A DNA stretch of 63,203 nucleotides, the filler included. It is 6 parts of 6 records of this genome, joined end to end, with 100 filler letters (N's around TTAATTAATTAA, not from the genome) between each part and the next. Parts side by side here need not be neighbours in the genome. Positions count along the whole stretch, not along the records: positions 40,327 to 48,531 come from SRR31156797_13954; positions 48,632 to 63,203 come from SRR31156797_13963; 4 more parts are not named here. One strand, given 5' to 3'. Position numbers and translations under genes: made by a program. Positions 46,258-56,863 of this stretch are shown piece after piece (the first letter of the stretch is position 1; each line of letters begins with the position of its first letter). Under the pieces are notes generated by a model. That model ran no database searches, had not been told where the DNA came from, and saw only the letters and a program-made list of their open reading frames with translations.

Positions 46258-47346
46258 CTAACCCAGGACAGGGTTGTCCCATAGTTTTAGGGACTGGCCG
46301 ATGCCCATTCGTTTGGCGTTTTCATATACCCGGTGGGCTTCCGACAGGTCATGGATGCCCATGCCGATGGGGTTGAAGAAGATCCGCTGGGTGTCATCGG
46401 TTCTGCCCTGTTTGTCTCCCACCACGATCTCACCCAGGTTGCCAAGGATTTTTTCCTCGGGAATGATGCCGTCGCGAACCGCGCGCCAGGCAACGTCCAC
46501 CCCGTGGTGCTTGACCTGGTACCAGTCGTCCACCACCAGGAAATCCATGGCCTTAAGGGCTTCGGGCGGGGTGTCCCAGAAGGAGATCTCGCAGTGCAGG
46601 GCGCCTTCCTTGTACCAGTCGCCGTTCACGTAGGGCTCCTTGGCCATGGTGGCCGTGCAGATCACGTCGGAATCCTGGAACGCCTCCCTGGCGCTGTCCA
46701 CGATTTCGAAATCAAGGTCCACCCCCAGTCTTTTCATCTCTTCCACGAACTTTTCGCAGGTGGCGCGGTTGATGTCGAACACCTTGCAGGTCTCCAGGGT
46801 GGGAACCCCTTCCCTGACAGCCATGGTCTGGGTGATCCCCTGGACGCTTGCGCCCACAAGACCCATCACCTTGGAACCCTTGCGGGCAAGGTATTTGGCC
46901 GCAACCCCCGAGGCCGCCCCTGTTCGCATGGCGCTGACCAGGGTGCCGTCCATGATGCAGGCCGGCATGAGGGTGTCCGGGTCCGTGATGATGATGACGG
47001 CATTGGCCCGGGGCAGGTTGTACTTTTCCGGGTTGTGGGGCTTGCTGGGGATGAACTTGATGCCCGAGGTGTTCACCGGTCCGATCATGCCCTTTTCCTC
47101 GAGCTCCCGGCCATATTCCGCGCCGCCCACAAAGGAGGGCATGGACATGATACGGCCCGTGGTCTCCTCTGTTTCCGGGCCTCCCCACCGGATCACGGGT
47201 TTTCCCGGCTGGATAAAATCCTGTTTGCCGTGGAGGAAAAACGATCGCTCGGTGGCCTGCATGGTTCCTTTCATGTCAAAACCGCCGGCTTTGACACAAT
47301 CTTCCTGCTGGAGGTACAAGAACTCGACTGATCTGTTGGCTGTCAT
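46258..47346 (-). CDS. Ornithine cyclodeaminase / mu-crystallin family protein
   Basis: GRIMSMP, GIKFIPSKPHNP, LPRA, SAMRTGA, GASVQG, NPIGMGIHD. Confidence 0.88.
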   Translation of the reverse strand: MTANRSVEFLYLQQEDCVKAGGFDMKGTMQATERSFFLHGKQDFIQPGKPVIRWGGPETEETTGRIMSMPSFVGGAEYGRELEEKGMIGPVNTSGIKFIPSKPHNPEKYNLPRANAVIIITDPDTLMPACIMDGTLVSAMRTGAASGVAAKYLARKGSKVMGLVGASVQGITQTMAVREGVPTLETCKVFDINRATCEKFVEEMKRLGVDLDFEIVDSAREAFQDSDVICTATMAKEPYVNGDWYKEGALHCEISFWDTPPEALKAMDFLVVDDWYQVKHHGVDVAWRAVRDGIIPEEKILGNLGEIVVGDKQGRTDDTQRIFFNPIGMGIHDLSEAHRVYENAKRMGIGQSLKLWDNPVLG

Positions 47347-47593
47347 CTATTGCTCCTTTTGGGCTGTGGTTCCTTGCCACGCCTTGTTGTTTGTTCATTT
47401 CCGTCCTCCTGTGGGGGGGGCGGCGTCAGTTTGAAGAGAAATCGCATATGAAAGAAAAAATGTCAAGATGAAATGAATTGTTTCGTTTTTGAGGGTTCAA
47501 GTTGTGTTTATCCTGTCAATCTGGTACATCAGGTGTCATTCTGCCGGATGGCCTGTGGCCCTGGCATATTGATGATCAGAGAAGGGAGATATT

Positions 47594-48502
47594 ATGATGG
47601 AGGGGCAGCTGAAGCATCCCCTGATGCAGAGAATCAATGACCGTTTGGACAGTATGACCCCCAAGGGGCGCATCCTGGCGGATTATATATTGAAGGAGCC
47701 CAGGAATGTGGTGTTCATGACCACCCGGGAACTCTCGGCTGCAAGCACGGTGAGCGAGTCGACCATTGTCCGGTTTGTCGGTCTGCTGGGATATGAGGGG
47801 TATGGGGCGTTCATACAGGCCCTGCGGGATTTCCTGGACACGGGCATGACCCTCGAGGACCGGCTGAGCCTTTCCGGATCAATGGGGGAGGGGTGCGGAC
47901 GCCTGGACCGGGTGGTTGCCGAAGAGATTGAAAACCTGAAGCGCATGGCAAGGTCTATCGATCCGGACGCCGTGGAGCGGGTGGCAACCCTGCTGGCCGA
48001 GCGTGGGCAGGTGTATGTGGCGGGCTCCAGGATTTCCTATACCTTTGCCTATTATCTGGAGTGGTCCCTGACCAAGCTCAGGCCCGGCAGCCAGATGCTC
48101 AAGGGGAGTGATCTGGCTTCCATCGACCGGCTTACCATCGCGCCGGAGGATAGCCTGGTGGTGATCGTGACCGTGTCCCGCTATCCCAATGAACTGATTC
48201 AGCTGGGAAAGCTCGCCCGCCGGCTTGGCCACCGGCTGGTCGTGCTCACGGACAGTCCCCTTTGTCCCATCAACCGGTTCGCCCATGAAGTGCTGATCGC
48301 ACCGTCCCATCATTTTCCCATCATTGGCAGCCCCACGACCCTTTCCTGCCTGATCAACCACCTGGTGCTCGAGGTGGCGGCCAAAAAAGGGGTTGATCTG
48401 AAGGCCCACCAGCAGAAGCTGGAGCAGTCCTACCGGGAGAATGATCTCCTGTTCAACCTGGATGATTTCAGGGGGTATATGGGGGAGAAAAACGGGGGAT
48501 AG
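47594..48502 (+). CDS. MurR/RpiR-family transcriptional regulator
   Basis: ELSAASTVSESTIVRF, GYEGY, SIS domain (SRYP, VLTDS); divergent from the OCD gene. Confidence 0.9.
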   Translation: MMEGQLKHPLMQRINDRLDSMTPKGRILADYILKEPRNVVFMTTRELSAASTVSESTIVRFVGLLGYEGYGAFIQALRDFLDTGMTLEDRLSLSGSMGEGCGRLDRVVAEEIENLKRMARSIDPDAVERVATLLAERGQVYVAGSRISYTFAYYLEWSLTKLRPGSQMLKGSDLASIDRLTIAPEDSLVVIVTVSRYPNELIQLGKLARRLGHRLVVLTDSPLCPINRFAHEVLIAPSHHFPIIGSPTTLSCLINHLVLEVAAKKGVDLKAHQQKLEQSYRENDLLFNLDDFRGYMGEKNGG

Positions 48503-48531
48503 GACAGGGCGAACGCATGTAGATTATTGGA

Positions 48532-48631
48532 NNNNNNNNNNNNNNNNNNNNNNNNNNNNNNNNNNNNNNNNNNNNTTAATTAATTAANNNNNNNNNNNNN
48601 NNNNNNNNNNNNNNNNNNNNNNNNNNNNNNN
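48532..48631. other. Artificial contig linker
   Basis: 44 N + TTAATTAATTAA + 44 N. Confidence 0.98.
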
Positions 48632-48695
48632 CCTCATGGTAGTCTGATCCAGTACCTCATGATAGTCTGAGCAGTGTGCTCATGGTTTGTGAGTA
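48632..48695. repeat. Degenerating 23-bp tandem repeat at the contig edge
   Basis: cctcatggtagtctgatccagta / cctcatgatagtctgagcagtgt / gctcatggtttgtgagta. Confidence 0.6.
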
Positions 48696-48796
48696 AGTTA
48701 CTATAAGTGTTTTTTAGCAAATTCTACATACATTCATCATTCATGTATTGGTGCATAGGTGTAGTATGTAAAAAAGGTTTTATACTAAAGAATATA

Positions 48797-51700
48797 CTAT
48801 TTGTCGGCTTGCTGAAAGTATTCTCTGGGTGATTTACCATATTGGTTTTTGAAGGCTCTGCTAAAATAAGTTAAAGATGTAAACCCGGTTTTATAGGCAG
48901 CTTCGGAAAAACTACAGTTTTCTTTTGCTATAAATTCAATCGCTTTTTTAAGCCTTATTATTCTGATATATTCGGTTGTAGAACAATTTAATATACTTTT
49001 TAACTTGATATGTAAAAGTGAACGACTCACATGAAGTTTACCAATGATGAATTGTACATCCATTTCCGGATTGTCAAGGTTCTCTTCAATTAAGGTCGTT
49101 AACTCTTCAATAAATTCTTTATCCCTGCTCGAAGTTGTTACTTCTGTTGGTGCAATATCCGGGTTTGAAGAAAAACGCTGTATGGCATTTTTACGGGTAT
49201 TGATAATATTTAAAATATTCTGCTTTAATATTTGAGGTAAAAATGGTTTCTCTAAATAAATATCAGCACCATGTTTTAAGCCCTCATATATATTATCCAA
49301 ACCAGTTTTTGCTGTTAATAAAACAATTGGAATATGTGATGTTTCAATCGCTGATTTTAATATTTGGGTAAGTTCGAGTCCATCCATTTCGGGCATCATC
49401 ACATCACTAATGATTAAATCAAAATTATTTGTCTTAACCAGTTCCAATGCCTCTTTTCCATTTTGTGCTGTTTTAATATTGTACTCAATTAAAGATTCTG
49501 ATAAGAATTCCAGTAGCTCAATATTATCTTCAACTATTAAAATAGGAACCCTGTCTTTGTCGTCGATAATAATTTGATCTTTTTCTGTTTGTTCATCTAT
49601 TGCAGATAAGGTGTTTTCAGTTATACTAAATTCTTCCTGTATCTCGTGTGATATTTCTGTTTCATCAAAAAACTCTTCGGTACAAGGTAGCCATATCTTT
49701 ATTAATGTTCCTTCATTGGGTTCACTTTCAATAGACAGTTTACCTTTATGCATATTTACCAGGTTATTGACATATGATAAGCCTATACCAGTTCCATTGT
49801 TTACTTTTTTTGCTTTAGAAGATTGATAAAAACGATTTAAAACTTTATTCAAATCATATTTAGAAATTCCAGGACCACTATCCTTAACTGAAATATTTAA
49901 ATAATCGGTAAATTCGTCGTTATTCTCAACAGAAACATTTAAGTGAACGAAATCATTAGGATTGCAATATTTAAATGAGTTGGATAAGAGGTTGAATATG
50001 ATTTTTTCAATTACAGCTTTATTGATCCAAACTTCGGTATTAACCTGATCATAGGTTGCGGTAAAGTTAATATTGCGATGTTCAGCAATACATTTAAAAG
50101 CTTCTTTAATATTTTTTACAAAAGATAAATCAACCTGCTTGTACACACGAAAATTGACAGATTCCTTATCGATACGTCTAAATTCTAATAATTCGCCCAA
50201 TAAATTATTAAGTCGGCTTACATTAATATAAATACGGCTTAATTTGTTTTGAGTGTTTTGGCTTAGCTTTTCATTCTCCAATAAACTGGATAGAGGTCCT
50301 AAGATAAGCGATAAAGGAGTTTTAATTTCATGGGAGATATTAGTAAAAAACTCCAGTTTAAAATTATTAATTTCTTCGTTGTGCATACGTTCCTGTCTTT
50401 CAAGAGCGAGGTCTGATTTAGAACGTTGCATTTTTACACTGATAAAGTTTAATACAAAAACAATGGCCAGAAATATAATAGCATAAGCAAAAAATGCATA
50501 AGGAGTGAGCCAAACTGGTGGTTTTATATGAATGTGTATTTGCTTAATGCCACTTTGGTTTACCCACGCATCATTGGAAGCTTTTACATAAAAAGTATAA
50601 TTCCCGGGATCGAGATTGGTATAGGTAGCTGAATTTTGATTTCCTACATAATTAAAATCATTATCAAAGCCATCCATTTTATAGGCATATGAAATTTTAC
50701 CGTTGTTTGCGTAATCAATTGATGAGTATTGAATGGTAAATACATTTTCATTATGCTCAAGTTCAATTTCTGTAGCATTAACAATGGAAGTTTTAATTGG
50801 TGCATCATTATCCGGTGTAACTAACTTATTAAAAAGCAGAAAGTGAGTAAGCTGTACATTTGCCGGACTAACTTTATAGTATTGATCTGTATTTATAGAA
50901 ACCATTCCCTCGTTTCCACCAAAATATATAATGCCATTGGATGATTTAAATGCTGCTCGGTAGTTAAACTGATTAAAAGGCACTCCTGCATTAGAATCGT
51001 AATGAATAAAAGAATTATCTTCCGGGTTGAGATGGATGATGCCGTTATTAGTGCTTACCCAAATCGTTTGATCATTAGCTGATTCTATTGCAAAAATTCG
51101 ATTAGTTGGGAAGTCTGTTTCTTTGTTAAAAAAATGTATTGTTTCATTATTTTCATTATATCTAATAAGCCCCCTGTTGTTAGAAGATAACCATAAATAA
51201 CCTTTAGAATCGCAATGCACTTGACCCAAACCTCCTATGGCAGATAGCTTTTCATGCTTTTTTAGTTGACCCGAAATGGTGTTATATGAATATACATTGT
51301 CGTAGGAACAAATCCATAAAGTCTTATTTTTCCATGCAAAAGAAACAATTACTTCATTGCTTATTATCTCTTCAAAAAATCGGCTAAATTTTTTAGTGTT
51401 TTTATCATAAACCGAAATTCCACTATCTGTACCAATATAAATAAGGTTGTTTTGCTGTGTAAATGCATATACAAAATCGGAGGCTAATAGGGGGTAATCT
51501 TTTGCTTGAAAACAAGTTATTTGATTGTTTTTTGTGTTTAAAACATTAATACCTCCCGAGTAGGTTGCAATCCATAAGTGTGTTTGATCGACTAATAGTA
51601 AATCATGTACGTTTTTATAGGATAGGTTACTATTAATTAGTTGTTCGGTTACTTTTTCAATATGACCAGTTTTTGAGGATATTTTATTTACACCCATATC

Positions 51701-52813
51701 TTCAGTACCAATCCAAATATTATGATTTTTATCTTCGTAAAAACAACTGACCACTTTGCCTCCCAAATGATCTTCACTGGTACCGGGTTCCCAATAAGTA
51801 AACTTAGTTGATTTATTGCTCCATAAGTTTATTCCACCAAAGTAAGTTCCCAGCCAAATATTACCATCTTTATCTGTAAATGAATTGTATATGGGGTTGG
51901 TGTTTAGTCCTTTGGGTTTTCTAATGTCGTACTCGAAACAACGGAATTCATTGTTTGATTCATCCCAAATGCATAATCCGTTTTCTGTTCCAATCCAAGC
52001 CCTGTTTTGGTTATCCAAGGTTACGCAATGAACCATTTTATGAGGCAGTTTATAATGCGTATCTGTGGAAAAGTAGGTTTTTCGGCACGATGGAAAATTA
52101 TATTTAACTAATCCATTAGCGTATAATCCAATCCAAATATTATTGTGCTTATCTACTTTAAGAAAGGTAACCTCAGAGGTTTTATAAACATCTGTTGCAA
52201 CTACGCTTATTTTTTTTGTTTTAAAGTGATATAGTAGAACTCTGCCTAAAGAAGTATATGCAACAATAACATTGTCATTAGCATCTATTTTAAGGTAATC
52301 CTCAGTTTTTGCTTGCTTATCGAATTTTTTAAATAAATCAGATAACTCTACTTTCTTATCAATAATGTTAAGAGTGTAAATCGAATTATCCTGAATATAG
52401 GCAATGGTGTTATTCGGAAGCGTAGTTAAACATTCTTTTTTTAGATTACTAAAAAGTGGTGTATATGGTTTAAAGCATTCCTGATCATAATCAAAATAAT
52501 AGTGGAAATTTTGCATTGATTCTAAAAGAATGATAGAATCATTAATGCAACTTAACAATTGAGGTTCAATATTAATAGGATTTCCTAAAACATCGTATGC
52601 CGGAAAGTTAACGAAGTGGTTGCCTTCAAATCTGCTAATATCTTCACGGGTTGCAATCCAGATAAAACCCAATTTATCCTGCTGTATTCCTTTTACATAG
52701 GATGACGATAAACCTTCTTTGTTAGTGAAATGAGTAAATTCCGGAGACGAAATTTGAGCAAATATAGATGCACTGATTAAAGAAATAAATATAATGGTAA
52801 AAATGTTTTTCAT
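48797..52813 (-). CDS. Hybrid two-component system (beta-propeller sensor, Y_Y_Y, HisKA, HATPase, REC, AraC)
   Basis: Repeated IWIGT/WLGT blades, YTNLDPGNY, FFTNISHEIKTPL, GTGIGL, ISDVMMPEMDG, YFSRAFK. Confidence 0.95.
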   Translation of the reverse strand: MKNIFTIIFISLISASIFAQISSPEFTHFTNKEGLSSSYVKGIQQDKLGFIWIATREDISRFEGNHFVNFPAYDVLGNPINIEPQLLSCINDSIILLESMQNFHYYFDYDQECFKPYTPLFSNLKKECLTTLPNNTIAYIQDNSIYTLNIIDKKVELSDLFKKFDKQAKTEDYLKIDANDNVIVAYTSLGRVLLYHFKTKKISVVATDVYKTSEVTFLKVDKHNNIWIGLYANGLVKYNFPSCRKTYFSTDTHYKLPHKMVHCVTLDNQNRAWIGTENGLCIWDESNNEFRCFEYDIRKPKGLNTNPIYNSFTDKDGNIWLGTYFGGINLWSNKSTKFTYWEPGTSEDHLGGKVVSCFYEDKNHNIWIGTEDMGVNKISSKTGHIEKVTEQLINSNLSYKNVHDLLLVDQTHLWIATYSGGINVLNTKNNQITCFQAKDYPLLASDFVYAFTQQNNLIYIGTDSGISVYDKNTKKFSRFFEEIISNEVIVSFAWKNKTLWICSYDNVYSYNTISGQLKKHEKLSAIGGLGQVHCDSKGYLWLSSNNRGLIRYNENNETIHFFNKETDFPTNRIFAIESANDQTIWVSTNNGIIHLNPEDNSFIHYDSNAGVPFNQFNYRAAFKSSNGIIYFGGNEGMVSINTDQYYKVSPANVQLTHFLLFNKLVTPDNDAPIKTSIVNATEIELEHNENVFTIQYSSIDYANNGKISYAYKMDGFDNDFNYVGNQNSATYTNLDPGNYTFYVKASNDAWVNQSGIKQIHIHIKPPVWLTPYAFFAYAIIFLAIVFVLNFISVKMQRSKSDLALERQERMHNEEINNFKLEFFTNISHEIKTPLSLILGPLSSLLENEKLSQNTQNKLSRIYINVSRLNNLLGELLEFRRIDKESVNFRVYKQVDLSFVKNIKEAFKCIAEHRNINFTATYDQVNTEVWINKAVIEKIIFNLLSNSFKYCNPNDFVHLNVSVENNDEFTDYLNISVKDSGPGISKYDLNKVLNRFYQSSKAKKVNNGTGIGLSYVNNLVNMHKGKLSIESEPNEGTLIKIWLPCTEEFFDETEISHEIQEEFSITENTLSAIDEQTEKDQIIIDDKDRVPILIVEDNIELLEFLSESLIEYNIKTAQNGKEALELVKTNNFDLIISDVMMPEMDGLELTQILKSAIETSHIPIVLLTAKTGLDNIYEGLKHGADIYLEKPFLPQILKQNILNIINTRKNAIQRFSSNPDIAPTEVTTSSRDKEFIEELTTLIEENLDNPEMDVQFIIGKLHVSRSLLHIKLKSILNCSTTEYIRIIRLKKAIEFIAKENCSFSEAAYKTGFTSLTYFSRAFKNQYGKSPREYFQQADK

Positions 52814-53258
52814 ACTCAACAATGTCCCCTTTAAATCAGCATTACATCAACATGCTGAATTCAACTGTTTTCCTTTTAAAAATAATGCAATTTACAAGTG
52901 AATTCACTTCAATTCACTATAAATTAAGAGTGTAAAATACAAAAATCTTCCGAGTTAGAAACAATAATATATTCGGTGTATATCGATAAGTTTTATAAAG
53001 GTAATTCTGTATGTGTTTGTAATATAGTTTATTGAGACGATGAAGTTAAATAATGTTATAATCATGATTAAACATAGAGCATAAAAAATAAAACATATGT
53101 ACAAGTTAATTTTCTTAAATAAACGGACATTTGATTGAAGTTAAAATGGACTGAATAAGTCCGGTATTTTTATTTGAAAAATCAATTTACGACTTTCTTT
53201 AAATGAGGGTTTAGTATGGCGATTTTTACCAATTTTCAATTAATTAATGTAGTTCAAT

Positions 53259-55235
53259 ATGAAGAGATCAATAGGCTTTTTAGCCTTATTCTTATGTGCA
53301 GTAAATTTTATCAATGCTGCAAAGCAATTAAAGCTTACTTCTCCCGATAGTAAAACCATCATAAACTTGAAATTAGATAATGGTTTAAGTTATTCTTTAA
53401 GCTATCAAAACAAACTTATAATTGATTATTCCCGAATTGGTTTGATCATTGAAAATGAAGCAACAACTATAAATAGTCTGAAAATAGTTAATGAAGTAGA
53501 AAAGAAAGAGCATATTGTTTCCCCTTTTTATAGATTTAGATCTTTTGATGTGGTTTATAAACAGTATGATATACGTTGCAATGCAAAACTAACAGTGCAA
53601 TTTCGTTTGTTCGAAAATGGGGGAGTTTCTTATCGCTTTAAAAGTAATTTTAAAGATAGTCTGACTATCAAAAATGAACTGGCCGAATTTAATTTCACCA
53701 AAGATTACACAGCTTATACAGCGCATACCACTGGTAAAAAAGATCGCTTTGCCATGGCTTTTCAAAATTCGTATCAGGTAAACCCATTATCTCAAACAGA
53801 TACCAGCCTGGTGTTTTTACCAGCTACAGTTGATGTTGAAGGAGGTTGGAAAGTGACCATTACCGAAGCTGATTTAGAAAGCTATCCGGGTATGTTTTTA
53901 CAGATAAATAAAGGTAAGAAAGGATTTGACGGAGTATATGCTAATTATCCTGCTAAAGTAGATTATTACCCATGGAGAAGTCAAGAGTATGTTACGGGAA
54001 GAGCTTCATCTATTGCAAAAATAAAAGGGAAAAGAGAGTTCCCATGGAGAATTATTTCAATCTCAGAAAAGGATACAGAAATGCCTGTCAATAACTTGGT
54101 TTATGCATTGGCTTCATCAAACAGAATTGGAGATTACAAATGGGTAAAGCCAGGAAAATCTGCATGGGAATGGTGGAACGATTGGGGCGTTTGGGATGTC
54201 GATTTTGAAGCAGGTATAAATATGAAAACCTATAAGTATTATATTGATTTTGCATCTAAATATGGTTTGGAATATGTTATTCTGGATGAGGGTTGGTATG
54301 ATGGTAAAGTAGGAGATATGATGCAGGTAATTCCCGACTTGGATTTGCCAGAGTTATTGGCTTATGCTAAGAGTAAGAATGTAGGTGTTATTTTATGGAC
54401 TGTTTTTAATGTTTTAGATAAGCAGTTAAAAGAGGCATGTCAACACTATGCTCAAATGGGAGTAAAGGGGTTTAAAGTGGATTTTTTAGATCGTGATGAT
54501 CAAAAAGCAGTTGAAATGGTTTACCGTATCGCAGAAGAAACAGCAAAACATCACTTGGTTTTGGATTTGCATGGATTTTATAAACCTACAGGATTAAACA
54601 GGACATACCCACATATTGTCAATTTTGAAAGTGTGTTTGGAATGGAGGAAATGAAATGGAGTTCGCCGGAAGTAGATATGCCTTTGTATGATGTTACTTT
54701 TCCATTTATCCGTTTAATGGCTGGTCCGGTCGATTATACGCCGGGAGCCATGAGAAATGCAACAAAAAAGGATTTTCAGCCTATATACAGTAATCCATTA
54801 AGTCAGGGAACCCGCTGTCATCAATTGGCTACATATATTGTATTTGATTCACCATTTACAATGTTGGCCGATTCGCCTGTATTATATGATCAGGAATCGG
54901 AATATACCAGCTTTTTGTCAGCCTTGCCTGTTGTGTTTGAAGATACAAAGATACTGGATGGAAAATTAGGAGAGTATATTGTTACAGCCAGAAGAAAGGA
55001 CAAAGATTGGTATATTGGAGGTATGACCAATTGGAATGCCAGGGAACTGGAAGTTGATTTTTCTTTTCTGGAGAAAGACAGTAATTATAAACTTACACTA
55101 TATAAGGATGGCGTAAATGCAAACAAACAAGCTTCAGATTATGATGTGGAGACTATAGTCGTTAACAAAGAATCAAAAATAAAAATCCCAATGGCATCAG
55201 GTGGAGGTTTTGTTATGAAAGTTGAAATACTGTAA
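53259..55235 (+). CDS. Glycoside hydrolase family 97 (retaining type; alpha-galactosidase/beta-L-arabinopyranosidase-like)
   Basis: WVKPGKSAWEWW, YIDFAS, LDEGW, GFKVDF, RTYP, GPVDYTPG, GTRCHQLA. Confidence 0.92.
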   Translation: MKRSIGFLALFLCAVNFINAAKQLKLTSPDSKTIINLKLDNGLSYSLSYQNKLIIDYSRIGLIIENEATTINSLKIVNEVEKKEHIVSPFYRFRSFDVVYKQYDIRCNAKLTVQFRLFENGGVSYRFKSNFKDSLTIKNELAEFNFTKDYTAYTAHTTGKKDRFAMAFQNSYQVNPLSQTDTSLVFLPATVDVEGGWKVTITEADLESYPGMFLQINKGKKGFDGVYANYPAKVDYYPWRSQEYVTGRASSIAKIKGKREFPWRIISISEKDTEMPVNNLVYALASSNRIGDYKWVKPGKSAWEWWNDWGVWDVDFEAGINMKTYKYYIDFASKYGLEYVILDEGWYDGKVGDMMQVIPDLDLPELLAYAKSKNVGVILWTVFNVLDKQLKEACQHYAQMGVKGFKVDFLDRDDQKAVEMVYRIAEETAKHHLVLDLHGFYKPTGLNRTYPHIVNFESVFGMEEMKWSSPEVDMPLYDVTFPFIRLMAGPVDYTPGAMRNATKKDFQPIYSNPLSQGTRCHQLATYIVFDSPFTMLADSPVLYDQESEYTSFLSALPVVFEDTKILDGKLGEYIVTARRKDKDWYIGGMTNWNARELEVDFSFLEKDSNYKLTLYKDGVNANKQASDYDVETIVVNKESKIKIPMASGGGFVMKVEIL

Positions 55236-55459
55236 AGCTTAATTTTTTTAATACAAGTCAATGAAAAAAGCGGTTAAAGCTGATTTTGGGATTTGTATTG
55301 ACTGTTTTTGCTCTAAATTTTGAGGGGTGAAATGTAAAATAGTAGGATTTGAAATATTTCTATTTGAAAAAATTCAAGTCTTCCCCGAACGATTCATTTA
55401 CTTTTGTTTAAAGTAAAGAGCAAAAATTACTAATTATCAATTTATTTAAATTATAGAGT

Positions 55460-56851
55460 ATGTTTAGTAAAGGTACATATATAAAGCGCAGAGAGGAATT
55501 AGCTAAAAAAGTAGGAAAAGGTTTGGTTTTGCTTCTGGGAAATAACGAAAGTCCCATGAATTACGAGGACAATACCTACACCTATCGTCAGGATGGTACT
55601 TTTTTATATTTTGTAGGTTTACAATTACCTTCTATAGCGGTGGTTTTTGATATTGATGAGAACAAGGAAATTTTGTTTGGTGATGATTTGTCAATGGATA
55701 TGATTGTTTGGATGGGAAACCAACCATCTATGCGCGAAAATGCAGAAAAAGCAGGTATTCAAGAGGTAAAACCGTACAGCGAACTAGCAACTTATATTGC
55801 TAAAGCAAATCAAAAAAAGCAGGAAATTCATATTCTTCCTCCATATCGTCATGATCACATTTTAGAGCTAAGTGCATTGTTGGATGTGTCTCCAAAGCAG
55901 CTTCAAAAATTTGTTTCTGAAAAGTTAATTCAATCGGTTGTTGCACTTCGCGAAATAAAAAGTGAGGAGGAAATTGCAGAGATTGAAAAGGCGGTTAATG
56001 TTTCAGTGGATATGCATGTGGCAGCTATGCAGGTAGCACAAGCAGGAATGACAGAAGCAGTTGTTGCTGCTGAAATTCAGAAAGTAGCTCAGGCTTCCGG
56101 AGGTGATATTTCCTTTCCTATTATCGCCACTATTAATGGGCATATTCTCCATAACCATTATCATGGTAATGTTTTAAAGCAAGGAGATATGGTTTTGGTT
56201 GATGCCGGGGCGCAAACAGCTATGGGATATTGTGGTGATTTATCATCTACATTTCCGGTTTCTCCAACATTTACATCTATTCAAAAAGAGATTTATGCTT
56301 TAAGTTTAGAAGCCCACAATAAAGCCATTGATATGTTAAAGCCTGGTCTTGCATTTAAAGAAGCTCATTTTGAAGCATGCCGAACCATTATTGAAGGTAT
56401 GAAAGGGATGGGCTTAATGAAAGGTAATACAGAGGATGCTTTGGCAGCCGGAGCACACGCTTTATTTTTTCCGTGTGGATTAGGACATATGATGGGATTG
56501 GATGTACATGATATGGAAAACCTGGGCGAAAAATGGGTTGGTTATAATGGTGTAGAAAAAAGCACGCAGTTTGGATTAAAATCATTGCGTTTGGCTAAGG
56601 AATTAGAACCGGGTCATGTCTTAACCATAGAACCTGGAATATATTTTATTCCTGAGTTGATAAAAATGTGGAAAGCCGAAAATACGAACGCTGAATTTTT
56701 AAATTTTGATCAAATAGAGAAGTTCAAGGATTTTGGTGGTATTCGTAATGAAGAGGACTTCTTAATTACCAAAGATGGAGCAAGGTTGTTGGGTAAGCCA
56801 TGTCCAAAATCAATTGAAGATGTTGAAAAGTACAGGGCTTCAGCTAAATAG
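55460..56851 (+). CDS. pepP: Xaa-Pro aminopeptidase (M24B)
   Basis: YRQD, IKSEEEI, LHN, VDAGA, YCGD, GLGHMMGLDVHD, TIEPGIYF, GGIRNEED. Confidence 0.92.
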   Translation: MFSKGTYIKRREELAKKVGKGLVLLLGNNESPMNYEDNTYTYRQDGTFLYFVGLQLPSIAVVFDIDENKEILFGDDLSMDMIVWMGNQPSMRENAEKAGIQEVKPYSELATYIAKANQKKQEIHILPPYRHDHILELSALLDVSPKQLQKFVSEKLIQSVVALREIKSEEEIAEIEKAVNVSVDMHVAAMQVAQAGMTEAVVAAEIQKVAQASGGDISFPIIATINGHILHNHYHGNVLKQGDMVLVDAGAQTAMGYCGDLSSTFPVSPTFTSIQKEIYALSLEAHNKAIDMLKPGLAFKEAHFEACRTIIEGMKGMGLMKGNTEDALAAGAHALFFPCGLGHMMGLDVHDMENLGEKWVGYNGVEKSTQFGLKSLRLAKELEPGHVLTIEPGIYFIPELIKMWKAENTNAEFLNFDQIEKFKDFGGIRNEEDFLITKDGARLLGKPCPKSIEDVEKYRASAK

Positions 56852-56863
56852 TCAACTATAAAA

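Noticed and set aside
48632-48695. Possible CRISPR array
   Set aside because: Units are contiguous 23-mers with no unique spacers, and there are no cas genes in the window.
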